A stretch of DNA of 64,000 nucleotides from Candidatus Bathyarchaeia archaeon (GCA_049513715.1 JBEKVV010000004.1:128001-192000); one strand, 5' to 3'; counted from the stretch's first letter, positions 26,217 through 37,177 are shown. Numbers and translations: made by a program. Notes: generated from the letters alone by a model not told the origin.

Positions 26217-26479
26217 GTTCCGAATCGGACTTGGGTGGGTACCGTGCCTCCACTTATGTTGAACTAGTCATAAGTTTCGTCTCAGTGAGATAATTTTGAG
26301 GCCTCTCAACACAGAGACATGCACACACTTGAGATGGGGGGCCCTTCCTTCTTTACAGTTATCGCTTCAATTGATCAGAGGATTCCGACACACACCTCAA
26401 AGGTGAGTGAGATCGCAGCTCAGCCTTCCTCGTTACTTGAGAGCGCGTGTTCCCCTCACTTTTCATGAAGCGAAAAATG

Positions 26480-27916
26480 TCATGGGGGTGCGACTTTGGC
26501 TAGGGTTCTTGCTAATTCTACGCAGGGCGCGGCGTCGTACTCTCTGAGTAAGGTCATTTTCGAGGCTTCAATGGAGCCTTCCGCGTGAATTTGCAGGATC
26601 TCGTTGTACCCTCCGAAATCTGATGCTGTTAGGTCACGAACCAGGTTGATTACCCTAAGTCTGTCTTCCGTAGTCACCGTTTTCTTTCCTCCGAGGTACT
26701 TGCGCAAGTACGGTCCAATTTCGGGGGAGCGTAGGTCCTCTTCAGAAGGCCCAGTGACCGTCAAACCACCAGTCAAATCTTGCACGAGTGCCACGTGTTG
26801 ATGGTAGTTCGTCGCGAAATGCCATTTGGCGATGTTCGAGTAGACTGGGTCTGGGACGGCTAGACCCTCAACCATTCTGCAGTTTAGCGCCGCTTGCTTT
26901 GTCAAGCCCTTGACGGTTTCAGAATAGGCAATGAGGCGCGCCAATTTTTCCCTAACATGAGAAGCTTCGCCAATTCCGTTCATTTGCGCCATCAAAATTC
27001 CCGCTCCCACCAGTAGGTCTAGGAGCGGCGCCTTGTACGAAACGGCAGTGAACCGGTGGTACTGAACAAACCTCAAGGCGAGAGGGCCTGCAAATTGCAC
27101 CTCGCCATTCATGAAGACTCTCTCCCACGGCACGAATACGTCATCAAATATGGTCACCGACTCGACCATGTGGTGTTGGGAGCTGATCGGATTGTGAAAT
27201 TCTGAGCCCGTGGTGCCTCCGAAGGGGCTCGCAACCAGCTTCACTCCCTTCGTATTGGCTGGTACTGCAAACGCTACGGCATACTGCTTGTCCTTCTCCC
27301 CGAAGTTGCGTGTGGGAATTACCATGATTTCGTTGACGCAAGGTCCGTAAGATGTGTGCGCCTTGGCGCCCCTCACGACGATGCCGTCTTTTCTTTCTTC
27401 AACCACGCGGACGTAGTAGTCCTCATGTTCCTGTTCCGAAGGACCAAGGGAACGGTCACCTTTAACATCGGTCTGCGCGACAGCCATAGCCAAGTCATTC
27501 TTCATGCAATAATCATGATACTTCGAAACCCGCTTGAAGTAGTCAGTCCCAAGCTTCGCGTCCATCTGTTTCGAAATAATGTTCATCGCGAACAAGCAGT
27601 CAGTTCCAATTTCCTTTATCAGAAGAACTACCGTACCGCCTAGTCGTGTTCCCAAATCGATGATGCGGCTTCTTTCAAGCAGGTCTTGGGCGTTCTGCGG
27701 GATTTTGAAGTATCGGCTATACCGGTCCTTTCCATTCGGCGTGAATGTGACAGAATCGCGATGCTGTGGGTTCTCAGGAATTTCGAACTCAAGTCCCAAG
27801 TGTTTGATAATGGTGTCGAAGAACGGGTGAGTCGTGACGTCAGAGACTCTTTTGCCTTCGAAGTAGACCTCTCTGTCATCCTGCAGACTCTTGATGAATT
27901 CGGGTTTTGTTCTCAA
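26480..27916 (-). CDS. HpaB/AbfD-family flavoprotein (4-hydroxyphenylacetate 3-hydroxylase / 4-hydroxybutyryl-CoA dehydratase fold)
   Basis: QTDVKGDRS, GIVVRGAKAHTS, FDDVFVPWERVF, HAEGS; TTG start at 27916 avoids overlap with the divergent gene. Confidence 0.85.
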   Translation of the reverse strand: MRTKPEFIKSLQDDREVYFEGKRVSDVTTHPFFDTIIKHLGLEFEIPENPQHRDSVTFTPNGKDRYSRYFKIPQNAQDLLERSRIIDLGTRLGGTVVLLIKEIGTDCLFAMNIISKQMDAKLGTDYFKRVSKYHDYCMKNDLAMAVAQTDVKGDRSLGPSEQEHEDYYVRVVEERKDGIVVRGAKAHTSYGPCVNEIMVIPTRNFGEKDKQYAVAFAVPANTKGVKLVASPFGGTTGSEFHNPISSQHHMVESVTIFDDVFVPWERVFMNGEVQFAGPLALRFVQYHRFTAVSYKAPLLDLLVGAGILMAQMNGIGEASHVREKLARLIAYSETVKGLTKQAALNCRMVEGLAVPDPVYSNIAKWHFATNYHQHVALVQDLTGGLTVTGPSEEDLRSPEIGPYLRKYLGGKKTVTTEDRLRVINLVRDLTASDFGGYNEILQIHAEGSIEASKMTLLREYDAAPCVELARTLAKVAPP

Positions 27917-27988
27917 AATGTTCCGCTGCTGAGATGCTTTGCGGAATGAGGAAACATATAACATTGAACAGGTCTTTTCGATTAATCT

Positions 27989-29644
27989 ATGGAAGTCAGT
28001 GGCGCAGAGGCATTCCTTAACGCCGTTGTGGCCGAAAGCGTTGATTTCGCTTTTGGTATACCCGGAACTCACATCCTACCAATAATAGAACTGCTGGAAG
28101 AGAGCCCGCTCAATTTCGTGAATGTAAGGCATGAGGCTGGAGCCGCTGCGATGGCGGACACCTATGGGCGCTTGACAGGCAGACCGGGCGTGTGCCTAGT
28201 CACCGCAGGACCAGGAGCCACAAATAGCCTCACAGGCGTCGCGCACGCGTTCGCCGCTGCGTCACCGATGTTGCATGTTTCAGGAACTGTCCCAACTACA
28301 AGTGGCACGGGAGCCTTTCACGGTGCAGACAAACCGAGATTCCTTGAAAGCGTCTTCGCACCGGTCTGTAAGAGGAGTTGCAGCCTGGGGTCGGTCGCTG
28401 AAATTCCTCGAGTAGTTCACACGTGCTTTCAAGAAGCAACTACTGGCAGACGTGGACCAGTTCACCTGGGCCTTCCCCTTGACCTCCTCCTCGCACGGGG
28501 CGTCACTGCAAAGCCAAGCCAACGGGTGAAGCCCATTCGTGCTGTTCGAAACCTCGCCCGAACAGCGAAAATTCTGTCTTCGGCAGCGAGACCCGTCATC
28601 CTAGTTGGAGAAGAAGCGAGAGGTTTGGGACGTGAAGTAGAGATTTTTGCTGAGAAGCTTCAGAGCCCAGTAATATCAACGATGAACGCTTTGGGAGTGT
28701 TCCCTCAAGAGAACCACTTGTTTGTTGGATATGTTGAGCAATTCTGGCGTCTTCACCCCACAGCATTTGATGTCGTCAAAGAAGCGGATTTGGTGGTCTC
28801 GATTGGTGCACGAGCAGCTTCGCCTGAAACCAACTGCATAACCTCCGTAGTGGACACTGAATGGCTATTTCTGACCGAGGAAGCTCCGGGGGAGAAGGCG
28901 AAGAAAGCCGAGTACGTATCGGGAGACATCAGGAGAAGTCTTGTGGCGCTTGGGAACAAGCTAGAACCTGCACCCAAACTCAGAGAGAACTGGTCACACA
29001 AAGCGGTGGCAGGTCTAAGGTCCTACATGGAAGAGCTTGACAGGAATGCTGCAGAGAAATCAAGAATCAGACCAATTCACCCAGCCTATGCAGCCCACAG
29101 CCTTCTGCAGTTCCTTCCCCGCGACGGAGTCGTCTGCTCTGATTCCGGAGCCAATGAGATATGGGTCAGAGAATATTTGGGAAACAGAAGAAATTGTGAA
29201 TACCTCTACTCAGGGACATTCGGTGGCATGGGTTTTTCGTTGCCAGCTGCGATCGCGGCATCCCTGCTGCGCCCTAACACAAGGATCCTGGCGGTGTCCG
29301 GGGACGGTGGGTTGCTCATGAGCCTGATGGAGTTATCAACGCTCGTTGAACAGAAATCAAACGCCGTGATCGTTGTTTTCAACGATTCCGCTTACGGTAT
29401 GATGTGGTTGCTTCAACACCACAAGACAACAAACCTACTTAATCCTGTTAATTTCGCGAAGGTTGCTGAAGGTTTTGGAGTGAAGTCATGGCGCGTAGAA
29501 GAACCCGGGAAGTTGAAGGACAGCCTGTCCGAAGCGTTTTCAGTACGTGGACCAGCTCTTGTCGACGTCATCGTCGATCACAAGCAGCCTCTGCCCTTCG
29601 AACCATGGATGGAAAGATTCAGGCAACAGCATCCTGAAGTCTGA
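27989..29644 (+). CDS. Thiamine diphosphate-dependent enzyme (acetolactate synthase-like)
   Basis: FGIPG, VRHE, TAGPGATN, GDGG...ND. Confidence 0.9.
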   Translation: MEVSGAEAFLNAVVAESVDFAFGIPGTHILPIIELLEESPLNFVNVRHEAGAAAMADTYGRLTGRPGVCLVTAGPGATNSLTGVAHAFAAASPMLHVSGTVPTTSGTGAFHGADKPRFLESVFAPVCKRSCSLGSVAEIPRVVHTCFQEATTGRRGPVHLGLPLDLLLARGVTAKPSQRVKPIRAVRNLARTAKILSSAARPVILVGEEARGLGREVEIFAEKLQSPVISTMNALGVFPQENHLFVGYVEQFWRLHPTAFDVVKEADLVVSIGARAASPETNCITSVVDTEWLFLTEEAPGEKAKKAEYVSGDIRRSLVALGNKLEPAPKLRENWSHKAVAGLRSYMEELDRNAAEKSRIRPIHPAYAAHSLLQFLPRDGVVCSDSGANEIWVREYLGNRRNCEYLYSGTFGGMGFSLPAAIAASLLRPNTRILAVSGDGGLLMSLMELSTLVEQKSNAVIVVFNDSAYGMMWLLQHHKTTNLLNPVNFAKVAEGFGVKSWRVEEPGKLKDSLSEAFSVRGPALVDVIVDHKQPLPFEPWMERFRQQHPEV

Positions 29645-29669
29645 ACTGCCGACATCGCGCGCGATGTGG

Positions 29670-30998
29670 TCACAGAGTTGCCAGGCTTTGGTCTAGGGCT
29701 TTGATCGCTTCATCTACTTGCGCACGAGTTACATTCAGTGGCGGCGCAACTCTGATTACTTGGCCTCGCATGCCGCAGGGGTACATTAGTACCCCTCTTG
29801 ATAGTAATTCATTCAGAACTTTCTTCGCTGCGTTTGAGTTGGGTTCACGGTCTGTGCCGGGCACGATGAATTCTATTCCAATCATGAGGCCCACGCCCCG
29901 CACGTCACCGATCACGGGGTATTTCTTCTTGAGGTCTTGAAGGCGGCTGAGCAGGTACGCTCCCATTTTCTTCGCGTTTTCCAGAAGTCCCTCGTCCCTA
30001 ATGGTATCTATGGTTGCGATTGCTGCGGCGCAGGAGATGGGGTTGCCACCGAAAGTTGTGCCATGAACAGTCGGAGTCCAACGGCTCATAAGTTCCTGTT
30101 TAGCACAAACTGCTCCTAGTGGGAATCCTGATGCTATGCCCTTCGCAATCGCCATGATGTCCGGTTCAAGGCCGAACAATTGGCCGGCGAACCATTCTCC
30201 AGTTCGACCAAACCCGCTCTGCACTTCATCGAAGATAAGCAGGATATTGTTTTTTGTGCAGGTTTCTCGAAGCTGCCGGAGAAATTCCTTTGGCGGCGCA
30301 ACGTATCCGCCCTCTCCTTGAATAGGTTCAACGATGATCGCGGCTACCTGGGAAGGAGCGATGATGCGATCGAGAAGAGTTTGGAGTGCTCGCATCGTTT
30401 CCGCGACGCATTGAGCGGGGTCGTCTGGGTGGGCGGAATGGTAAGTGTCGGCGTACGGTGTGTGGTAGACGCTCCCGAGGAACGGTTCGAGTCCGAGTCG
30501 GTAACTGGACTTGGAAGCGGTCAGCGTGGCGGCGCCGTAAGTGCGTCCGTGAAATCCTCCCGTGAAAGCGATTATGCCCGGTCTGCCGGTAACGTTTCGC
30601 GCGAGCTTAATGCATCCCTCGACTGCTTCGGCTCCGCTGTTGCCGAAGAAGAACATGTCCAGAGCTCCGGGAAGGATGGCTGGCAGCATCTCCGCTAGTC
30701 GGAGGACAGATTCGTGGAGTGTTACACCAACGGCTCCATGGATTTGCTTTTCCATCTGCTCTTTCGCGGCTGCTATTACCTTTGGATGATTGTGGCCGAC
30801 ATTCACCGCGCCGAAAGCTGCCATGAAGTCCATGTATCGTTTTCCATCTAAACCGTACAAGTATATGCCCTGAGCTTTGACAACGGGCAGGTTGGGCCAG
30901 TCTTGAGAGAAGATTGGGGACAGCATCTTGTCTTTGCGGGCTACAAGTTCTGCGAAGGTGCTACGCTTCTTCACGGTCGTCATTGCTTCTGAAACCAA
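29670..30998 (-). CDS. gabT: Class III aminotransferase (GABA/ornithine type)
   Basis: SGAEA, FHGRT, EPIQGEGG, DEVQSGFGRTG, AKG, TTFGGNP. Confidence 0.88.
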   Translation of the reverse strand: MVSEAMTTVKKRSTFAELVARKDKMLSPIFSQDWPNLPVVKAQGIYLYGLDGKRYMDFMAAFGAVNVGHNHPKVIAAAKEQMEKQIHGAVGVTLHESVLRLAEMLPAILPGALDMFFFGNSGAEAVEGCIKLARNVTGRPGIIAFTGGFHGRTYGAATLTASKSSYRLGLEPFLGSVYHTPYADTYHSAHPDDPAQCVAETMRALQTLLDRIIAPSQVAAIIVEPIQGEGGYVAPPKEFLRQLRETCTKNNILLIFDEVQSGFGRTGEWFAGQLFGLEPDIMAIAKGIASGFPLGAVCAKQELMSRWTPTVHGTTFGGNPISCAAAIATIDTIRDEGLLENAKKMGAYLLSRLQDLKKKYPVIGDVRGVGLMIGIEFIVPGTDREPNSNAAKKVLNELLSRGVLMYPCGMRGQVIRVAPPLNVTRAQVDEAIKALDQSLATL

Positions 30999-31082
30999 TT
31001 ACCGCACATCCTCAGAGAATCAGGAGTATTGTTTGTGATGTGGGGAGAGAAAAAGACTGCCCCAACCTTTCCGCGATGGTAG

Positions 31083-32438
31083 TCAGGTTGGGTCCCTGGA
31101 AAGCGGTGCGGTTGAGCAGTGGGGGCCGCCCAAGGTGTCTAGGAAGCTGTCATCCCATTTCTTGACCTTTATGCCGTGTTTGTTCAATTCCTCGATTGTC
31201 GTTGTTGTCCGCGCGTATGACACGATGGTTCCAGATTTGATGGTGATTATGTTCGTTGCGCCGCGGGTCTGTTCCATTAGCGAGAGCATGAGGTGCTTCA
31301 TGTCGTTCTTCTCTTTGGGCTCACCTCCCACATAGATCAGGCCGTCTTTGTCGACCTTGTCTTCTTTGATTAGGAAATCTACGAAGCTCACGTCACGCCT
31401 CAAGAGGACAGGTTCATTGTTCGTGCCGCGTACGTACACGTAGCATTCTCCGGCTCTTTCGAAAGCTGCAGGGCTAACTACTTCCTGCATTGGCCTTGCA
31501 TCTCGTTCTGTTTGTGCTCGGGTTGCGGCGAGCAACTTCAGTAGCAGCTTCTTCGGTGGCATATCTTTCACAAGTTCGCTGTCGAAATAATATGGCATGA
31601 TGAGTGCTTTGCGGTTCGCTGGAAAGTTGATGACGACATCTAGGTGCATGAAATCTAATGCAGGAAAATCGGCGTTGTAAACGGCGCAGATATACTTGAC
31701 CGTGCGGTTCTGGTCTGCTTCGAAGATCTTTCTCGCAAACTGCAGGAAACCAGTGAATGTAGACCTCTGCCCTAGGCCGACAGCGATCGTTTCTTCGTCA
31801 ACGATCTGTGTGTCTCCCCCTTCAATGTTGGGGGGCTCGGTGTTGCCGATTTGAATGTCATTCGCGTCCCAGATCAGGTTCACATTCTTGCGCAGTATTG
31901 GGTCTGATTCGTAGGCAAGTTTCACCACGTGGGGTTCGAAACGCCTGCTGTATCTTCGCATGTTGCAAATGACTGTCCCAATCTGCGTTGTGAAGGAAGT
32001 ATCGCGGGTGTACGTCCATGAGGCGCGCTTGAAATCCGGCAGAACTACCTCGTCGCGTTCACGATCGTAGTATGGGGTTGGGGGGAATCCGTCAGTAATA
32101 TGCTCCACTTTGAGTTCATCAGGTTTCGGAGCCTTCTGTCCCGGACTCCAGAATCGTCTGATGATTTTCCTTCTTTCTTCCTCTGACGCCTGCTCGATGG
32201 CCTTTTTGATGATTGAGGTGACTTCGAAGACTTGCACTCCTTCGTCTTTGAGATATTGACTCAACTGTAGCCACTGTGTGTGCCCGCCGGCGTCGTAATC
32301 TGCGTGTGCGCATCTTGGCAGGTACTGAAGGTTTGATTCAGTGCCGGTGAAGGGGAGTTTGTTCTCCCAGAAGTTCATTGCAGTATCCTGTAGTAGCACA
32401 GCGTGCATTGTACCTGATTCTGATTTGACAGTCCACAT
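31083..32438 (-). CDS. arcA: Arginine deiminase-family amidino hydrolase
   Basis: SESG, YTRD, EGGD, MHLD, GGPHCST. Confidence 0.75.
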   Translation of the reverse strand: MWTVKSESGTMHAVLLQDTAMNFWENKLPFTGTESNLQYLPRCAHADYDAGGHTQWLQLSQYLKDEGVQVFEVTSIIKKAIEQASEEERRKIIRRFWSPGQKAPKPDELKVEHITDGFPPTPYYDRERDEVVLPDFKRASWTYTRDTSFTTQIGTVICNMRRYSRRFEPHVVKLAYESDPILRKNVNLIWDANDIQIGNTEPPNIEGGDTQIVDEETIAVGLGQRSTFTGFLQFARKIFEADQNRTVKYICAVYNADFPALDFMHLDVVINFPANRKALIMPYYFDSELVKDMPPKKLLLKLLAATRAQTERDARPMQEVVSPAAFERAGECYVYVRGTNNEPVLLRRDVSFVDFLIKEDKVDKDGLIYVGGEPKEKNDMKHLMLSLMEQTRGATNIITIKSGTIVSYARTTTTIEELNKHGIKVKKWDDSFLDTLGGPHCSTAPLSRDPT

Positions 32439-32492
32439 CTCAAAATCCCAATCTATCGTCCCGGTTCTTTCTTTAAGAGCCTGTTCTGGCCG

Positions 32493-33269
32493 CTAGAGGT
32501 ACGATGACATGCCGCCGTCGACATTGAGCACTTGGCCCGTGACGTAGTCTGATGCTCTTGAAGCCAGAAACAAGATGGCGCCCTTCACATCCTCGGGCAC
32601 GCCGAGTCTTCTCATCGGTACCCGTTCAATTATCCTGTCCTTCCTATGCTCGATCACCCATTCAGTCAAGTGCGTCGGGAAAAATGCGAGGGCGAGGGCG
32701 TTAACCCTGATTCCGTACTTTGCCCACTTGACCGCTAGGTCTTTCGTGAAACTGATCAGCCCTCCCTTGCTGGCGTTGTAAGAGATCGCGTCGAGAATGT
32801 TTTCGTCCGTTCCACTTAATGCCACAACTGAGGTTACGTTGATGATTACGCCACCGCCATCATGGATCATTCTTCGGCCAACCGCCTGGCTGCAGGTAAA
32901 GGCTCCAGTCAAGTTCACCTCCAGAACCTTCTTCCAATCTTCCAGAGTCATCTTTTCCGGAGGCGCGGCCCACGCTATGCCTGCGTTGTTCACGAGAATG
33001 TTGATCCGTCCGAATTTCTCGTGTGCTACCGCGACCATTCGTTCCACTTCTTCAGGGTTTGTTACGTCTGCTTTGATGGCGAGCACTGTGCTTCCGGATT
33101 TTCGCAGTTCAGTCGCTGATTGTTCACAACGTGATAGATTTCGTGAGCATATGGCTAGGTTTGATCCGCCTTCGGCCAATGTCTCGGCAATAGTTAGGCC
33201 TATGCCCATTGAGCCGCCTGTGACTATCGCTGACGTTCCGCGTAAGCTAAAGATGTCCTGAGTTTTCAT
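32493..33269 (-). CDS. Short-chain dehydrogenase/reductase
   Basis: TGGSMGIG, NNAG, YNASK. Confidence 0.92.
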   Translation of the reverse strand: MKTQDIFSLRGTSAIVTGGSMGIGLTIAETLAEGGSNLAICSRNLSRCEQSATELRKSGSTVLAIKADVTNPEEVERMVAVAHEKFGRINILVNNAGIAWAAPPEKMTLEDWKKVLEVNLTGAFTCSQAVGRRMIHDGGGVIINVTSVVALSGTDENILDAISYNASKGGLISFTKDLAVKWAKYGIRVNALALAFFPTHLTEWVIEHRKDRIIERVPMRRLGVPEDVKGAILFLASRASDYVTGQVLNVDGGMSSYL

Positions 33270-33338
33270 GGTTTCTCGGTCCCCTTCAGAGCGTAGTGTC
33301 TATTGCGCTTCGGCGGTTGAAGATTGTGGAAGCGCTTG

Positions 33339-34163
33339 CTAGACGCGGATGACGTAGTGTAATGATGAGTAGCCCATGAACTTGAGCGCTAGTATTGCGA
33401 CGGCGAGCGCCACAGTTGTGATTTGAGCAATGTAGTCGCCCGCTCTCAGTTTTGTCTCTTCGAGGTAGGTTCGGGTGGCTGGCGAGCCGAAGGCTCTACA
33501 TTCTAACGCAGTCTGGAGGGTTGTGGAAAGTTTCAGGAGGTATAGCAGAACAGGTGTTAGTGCGGCCGTATACACAGTGGCTTTCTTCGTTATCGGCAGT
33601 TTGTCTATGTCACGACCCCGGAGTTTCTGAGCTTGCATTACATTCCCCCATGTCTGGAAGACAAGTGGAACGAATCGCATACCCGTCACGAAGATTAGCG
33701 TGAACTGGTACGGTACTTTCAACTGTCCCATTTGCGCGGCTATCTTGGTCATTGGTGTCGTCATGGTTAGTATGGGCAGTGAGAAGACTACTGCAAGAAC
33801 TCGCATGAAGATGAGTGTTCCAAAGAGAAATCCCTCTAGGGTATACGCCGCGTAGTTGCGCGGACCAATCATAAGGACGCCCAGTTGGAAGAGTACTGTG
33901 TTGCCGAAGCGGTAAGTGAACCCCTGCAGGATTATGAGGAACAGATATGTCCCGAGGAGGATCTTGAGAATGATTCCTATCCGTCTGAGTTCAATTCCGC
34001 CGATTACCCACCAGACAAGCAAGAAGATTATCCAAATGCCCAGCAGGACATAATCCAAGGCAAAGAGGCTGATGATGAGACTGAGAACCGTCAATAGCAT
34101 CTTGCTGCTTGCTTGCAGCGCGTGGACTGGTGTGTCTTTTCTGATATACTCTAAGGTTGCCAT
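33339..34163 (-). CDS. ecfT: ECF transporter T component
   Basis: TM helices, RFVP, AQKLRG, ALECRAF. Confidence 0.88.
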   Translation of the reverse strand: MATLEYIRKDTPVHALQASSKMLLTVLSLIISLFALDYVLLGIWIIFLLVWWVIGGIELRRIGIILKILLGTYLFLIILQGFTYRFGNTVLFQLGVLMIGPRNYAAYTLEGFLFGTLIFMRVLAVVFSLPILTMTTPMTKIAAQMGQLKVPYQFTLIFVTGMRFVPLVFQTWGNVMQAQKLRGRDIDKLPITKKATVYTAALTPVLLYLLKLSTTLQTALECRAFGSPATRTYLEETKLRAGDYIAQITTVALAVAILALKFMGYSSLHYVIRV

Positions 34164-34165
34164 TT

Positions 34166-35890
34166 TTATTTCCCTCCGGTCAGTGACTCAACCATCGAGT
34201 CCACTGTCATAATGTCTCCAGGAACGCCGTAAGGCTCAAGTTCCTTGGCCAAGACTGAAATTGGCGGCGGTTTGATGAAGGTCCTTCTTAACGTCTCGAC
34301 TTGAGTGAATACCTCGTACGTCGGGCCGTCCAAGAGAATTTCACCGTTTCCCATAACGACACTTCGGTCAGCGTATTGTGTAACCAGGTTCATGTCATGG
34401 GTAATCATAATCACGGTGTGTCCGGCCGCGTTCAGCTTCTTTCCCAGCCTTGCAATACGGTGTCTACCGAGATAATCTTGTGCCGTCGTGGGTTCGTCCA
34501 TTATGATTACGTCTGGCCTCATGGCTATCACTGCGGCGACCGTTAGGCTTCTTCGATCTCCGAAACTGAGCCTAAACGGAAAGACTTCTTTTTGTTTCTC
34601 GAGGCCGACGAAACCGAGCGCCTCATCTACTCTTCGTTGAATTTCGTCTTCGGGGAGTTTCAGGTTTCGAAGGCCGAACTCAACTTCTTCTCTGCATGAG
34701 ATCGTGAATAGCTGCTCGTCCGGGTTCTGGAGCACTAGGCCAATTGAGGTGGAGAGCTGACCCGTCGTGAAGGCTGCTATGTCTTTGCCTCTGAACAAGA
34801 CTTTGCCTTGAGTTGGCTTCAGCAATTTGAGAAATTGTTTCACGAGCGTTGTCTTCCCGGAGCCGTTCTGTCCGATAATCCCAATCATCTCGCCTTTGTA
34901 CACTTTCAAGTTCACGTTTCTGAGGGCTGTAACGGGTGGGAAACCTGGGTATGCGAAAGTGAGATTCTCGCATTCAAGGACAACTTCCCCGGAAGATGCT
35001 GTTTTCGGTCGGTTTAGTTTGGTCGGTTTCAGTTTCTTGCTTTCAATTAGAGAAACAATCTGTTTCTTGCTGTCAGGGATTGTAAGTAGGGGCGGTTTCT
35101 CCGGAGCAATCTTGTGTCCGAGTGTTGCTAGCTGAGGAACTTGAACTCCTACTTTTTCCAGTAGGTCAACTTGGGAGAAGACTTCGCTGGGCGTTCCCTG
35201 CGCTACTATGCTTCCTTCACTCAGGATTATTGCGCGATCAGCGAATGATGGTACATCTTCAGAAGCATGGGTTGTCAATATTGTAGTAATCTGATATTTC
35301 TCTTTCAGGTCAACGAGTGCCTGGAATACTTCAGTGGTGCCGATCGGGTCGAGTTGCGACGTAGGTTCGTCAAGGACTAACAATTTTGGTTGCATGCTGA
35401 GGCCAGCTGCAAGGGCAAGTCGCTGTTTTTGTCCACCCGATAGCTCCATCGGCGAGCGCGCTTCATACCCCTGAAGCCCAACTGCTTGCAACGCCCATTT
35501 TGCTCTTCGCATTATTTCCTCTCTAGGGAGGCCGAGGTTCTCCGGACCGAATGCCACCTCCATTAGAACGTCTGGGTTTACGAGTTGGCCTTCTGGGTCC
35601 TGTGTTACGAAACTAATTTTCTGTGCCAATTCATGCACTGGATGTTCGTAGACATCCATTCCGCAGACAATCGCTTTTCCTGCGGTCGTTCCCTGAACTA
35701 TGTGGGGTATGATTCCTGTAAGGTGGCGACACAATGTAGTCTTCCCAGCGCCATTCGGTCCCATCACAGCGATTATCTCGCCCCTTGAAACTTCCAAGCG
35801 TATGTCTTTGATTGCTTGGACATTGTCCGGGTAAGTGAATGTGAGGTTTTGAATCTCCGCTATGGTCTCGTTGCTCATCTCTGCGTTCAC
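34166..35890 (-). CDS. ECF transporter duplicated ATPase
   Basis: GPNGAGKT/LSGGQ/LDEP and GQNGSGKT/LSFGD/MDEP. Confidence 0.92.
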   Translation of the reverse strand: MNAEMSNETIAEIQNLTFTYPDNVQAIKDIRLEVSRGEIIAVMGPNGAGKTTLCRHLTGIIPHIVQGTTAGKAIVCGMDVYEHPVHELAQKISFVTQDPEGQLVNPDVLMEVAFGPENLGLPREEIMRRAKWALQAVGLQGYEARSPMELSGGQKQRLALAAGLSMQPKLLVLDEPTSQLDPIGTTEVFQALVDLKEKYQITTILTTHASEDVPSFADRAIILSEGSIVAQGTPSEVFSQVDLLEKVGVQVPQLATLGHKIAPEKPPLLTIPDSKKQIVSLIESKKLKPTKLNRPKTASSGEVVLECENLTFAYPGFPPVTALRNVNLKVYKGEMIGIIGQNGSGKTTLVKQFLKLLKPTQGKVLFRGKDIAAFTTGQLSTSIGLVLQNPDEQLFTISCREEVEFGLRNLKLPEDEIQRRVDEALGFVGLEKQKEVFPFRLSFGDRRSLTVAAVIAMRPDVIIMDEPTTAQDYLGRHRIARLGKKLNAAGHTVIMITHDMNLVTQYADRSVVMGNGEILLDGPTYEVFTQVETLRRTFIKPPPISVLAKELEPYGVPGDIMTVDSMVESLTGGK

Positions 35891-35947
35891 CGCTAACTTG
35901 GGACACGTATTTCGAGAGAATATAGAAAAAGGGAGGTAGGGGAAACC

Positions 35948-36766
35948 CTACCATATCACGTTTGGCGGCTTCGCCATTCCGCTCTTTCCGAGGGCTGTCG
36001 CTATGGGTGCAGCGATTACTGTTGTTAGGATGGCAAACAGTGGCATGTACCATGGGTACACGAACGCGGCTTGGAAGAACAGGAGGGCAGCGGGGTATTG
36101 GTAGATGATCCAGAACGACCAGAAGGTTGGTGTCAGGTAGAATAGGTTGAATCCCATCCAAGTTCCTAGGAACAAGCCGAGAAATCTCCGTGACGGATTA
36201 GTGCTTCGCGCCCATTTGTAGATGTACTTGGTTCCAAGAGGTGATAGCATCACTATGGCCGGCAGTAGCCAGAAGTACATTATTACCATCCCGTATTGTG
36301 TTGGGTCTATTGGCGACCAACCACCACTCAGACATGGCACGCATGGAAAGACGTACACGATCACATAGAATGAAGCTGTTGCGATTGCGAGTACTGCTGC
36401 GTAAATAGCGACCCATTTCTTTGGTCCAGAATTGAGCGTCAGTCCGACCATGATGGCTGGAATTGTGGCGACTTGAAAGGCGTCAAATATCCCGAGGGGG
36501 TATGCCCCGGGTGCAATGAACATGCCAATCAATCCGCCTACGAAAGCACTGATGATTCCTGGAATTGGACCCAAGATAAGAGGTCCTACGGCTGCTAGCA
36601 CTACTGCGAGTGGCCAGTATCCGTTTCCTCCTGGGTATGGTAGCAGTGGGACGAACGAAGTGACGCCGACGAGGGCGCCGTATGCTGCAATCCATGCGAT
36701 TGGTGTTCCCATTATGTAGGATCGGCCTTTTGGTTTCGATGTCATTTTCTTTTCACTTCCGTTCAA
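35948..36766 (-). CDS. ECF transporter substrate-binding (S) component
   Basis: Multi-TM with LILGPIPGIISAFVG; directly upstream of the A and T components. Confidence 0.75.
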   Translation of the reverse strand: MNGSEKKMTSKPKGRSYIMGTPIAWIAAYGALVGVTSFVPLLPYPGGNGYWPLAVVLAAVGPLILGPIPGIISAFVGGLIGMFIAPGAYPLGIFDAFQVATIPAIMVGLTLNSGPKKWVAIYAAVLAIATASFYVIVYVFPCVPCLSGGWSPIDPTQYGMVIMYFWLLPAIVMLSPLGTKYIYKWARSTNPSRRFLGLFLGTWMGFNLFYLTPTFWSFWIIYQYPAALLFFQAAFVYPWYMPLFAILTTVIAAPIATALGKSGMAKPPNVIW

Positions 36767-36775
36767 TGGAGTTGC

Positions 36776-37051
36776 TTACTTTTCCTTAACTGCGTATGAT
36801 GCACCGAAGAGAACTATGCCAAGCACTAGCATGCCGGCGACATACATCCATAGTCGGCCGGGGAATATGTCGACGCCGTTCCAGAAGTAATCAACGACCG
36901 CCGGGTGTTTCGCACACCAAGTGGGGTTCGCTGGACAGGTATAGCCCGTTCTGACTGTGTCCATGAGGTAAGGTAGGATGAACATGACTACGCTGACCAA
37001 GATCAATGCGATGCCGACGTACTTGAGGGCAGCTTTTGTTCCTTTAGCCAA
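36776..37051 (-). CDS. Small two-TM membrane protein leading the ECF operon
   Basis: TTG start after GGAGG; two TMs with a Cys-pair loop. Confidence 0.6.
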   Translation of the reverse strand: MAKGTKAALKYVGIALILVSVVMFILPYLMDTVRTGYTCPANPTWCAKHPAVVDYFWNGVDIFPGRLWMYVAGMLVLGIVLFGASYAVKEK

Positions 37052-37177
37052 TTTTCTATAATTCCTCCATATAGCGGGGTGACTCGGTCGATTCTGATTG
37101 TATATTAAAGAGTGGAAAAGCCTTTCGTTGACTTTCAATTCGACGTAGACCACGAAAGTACTGGTTCTGAGCGGCTG

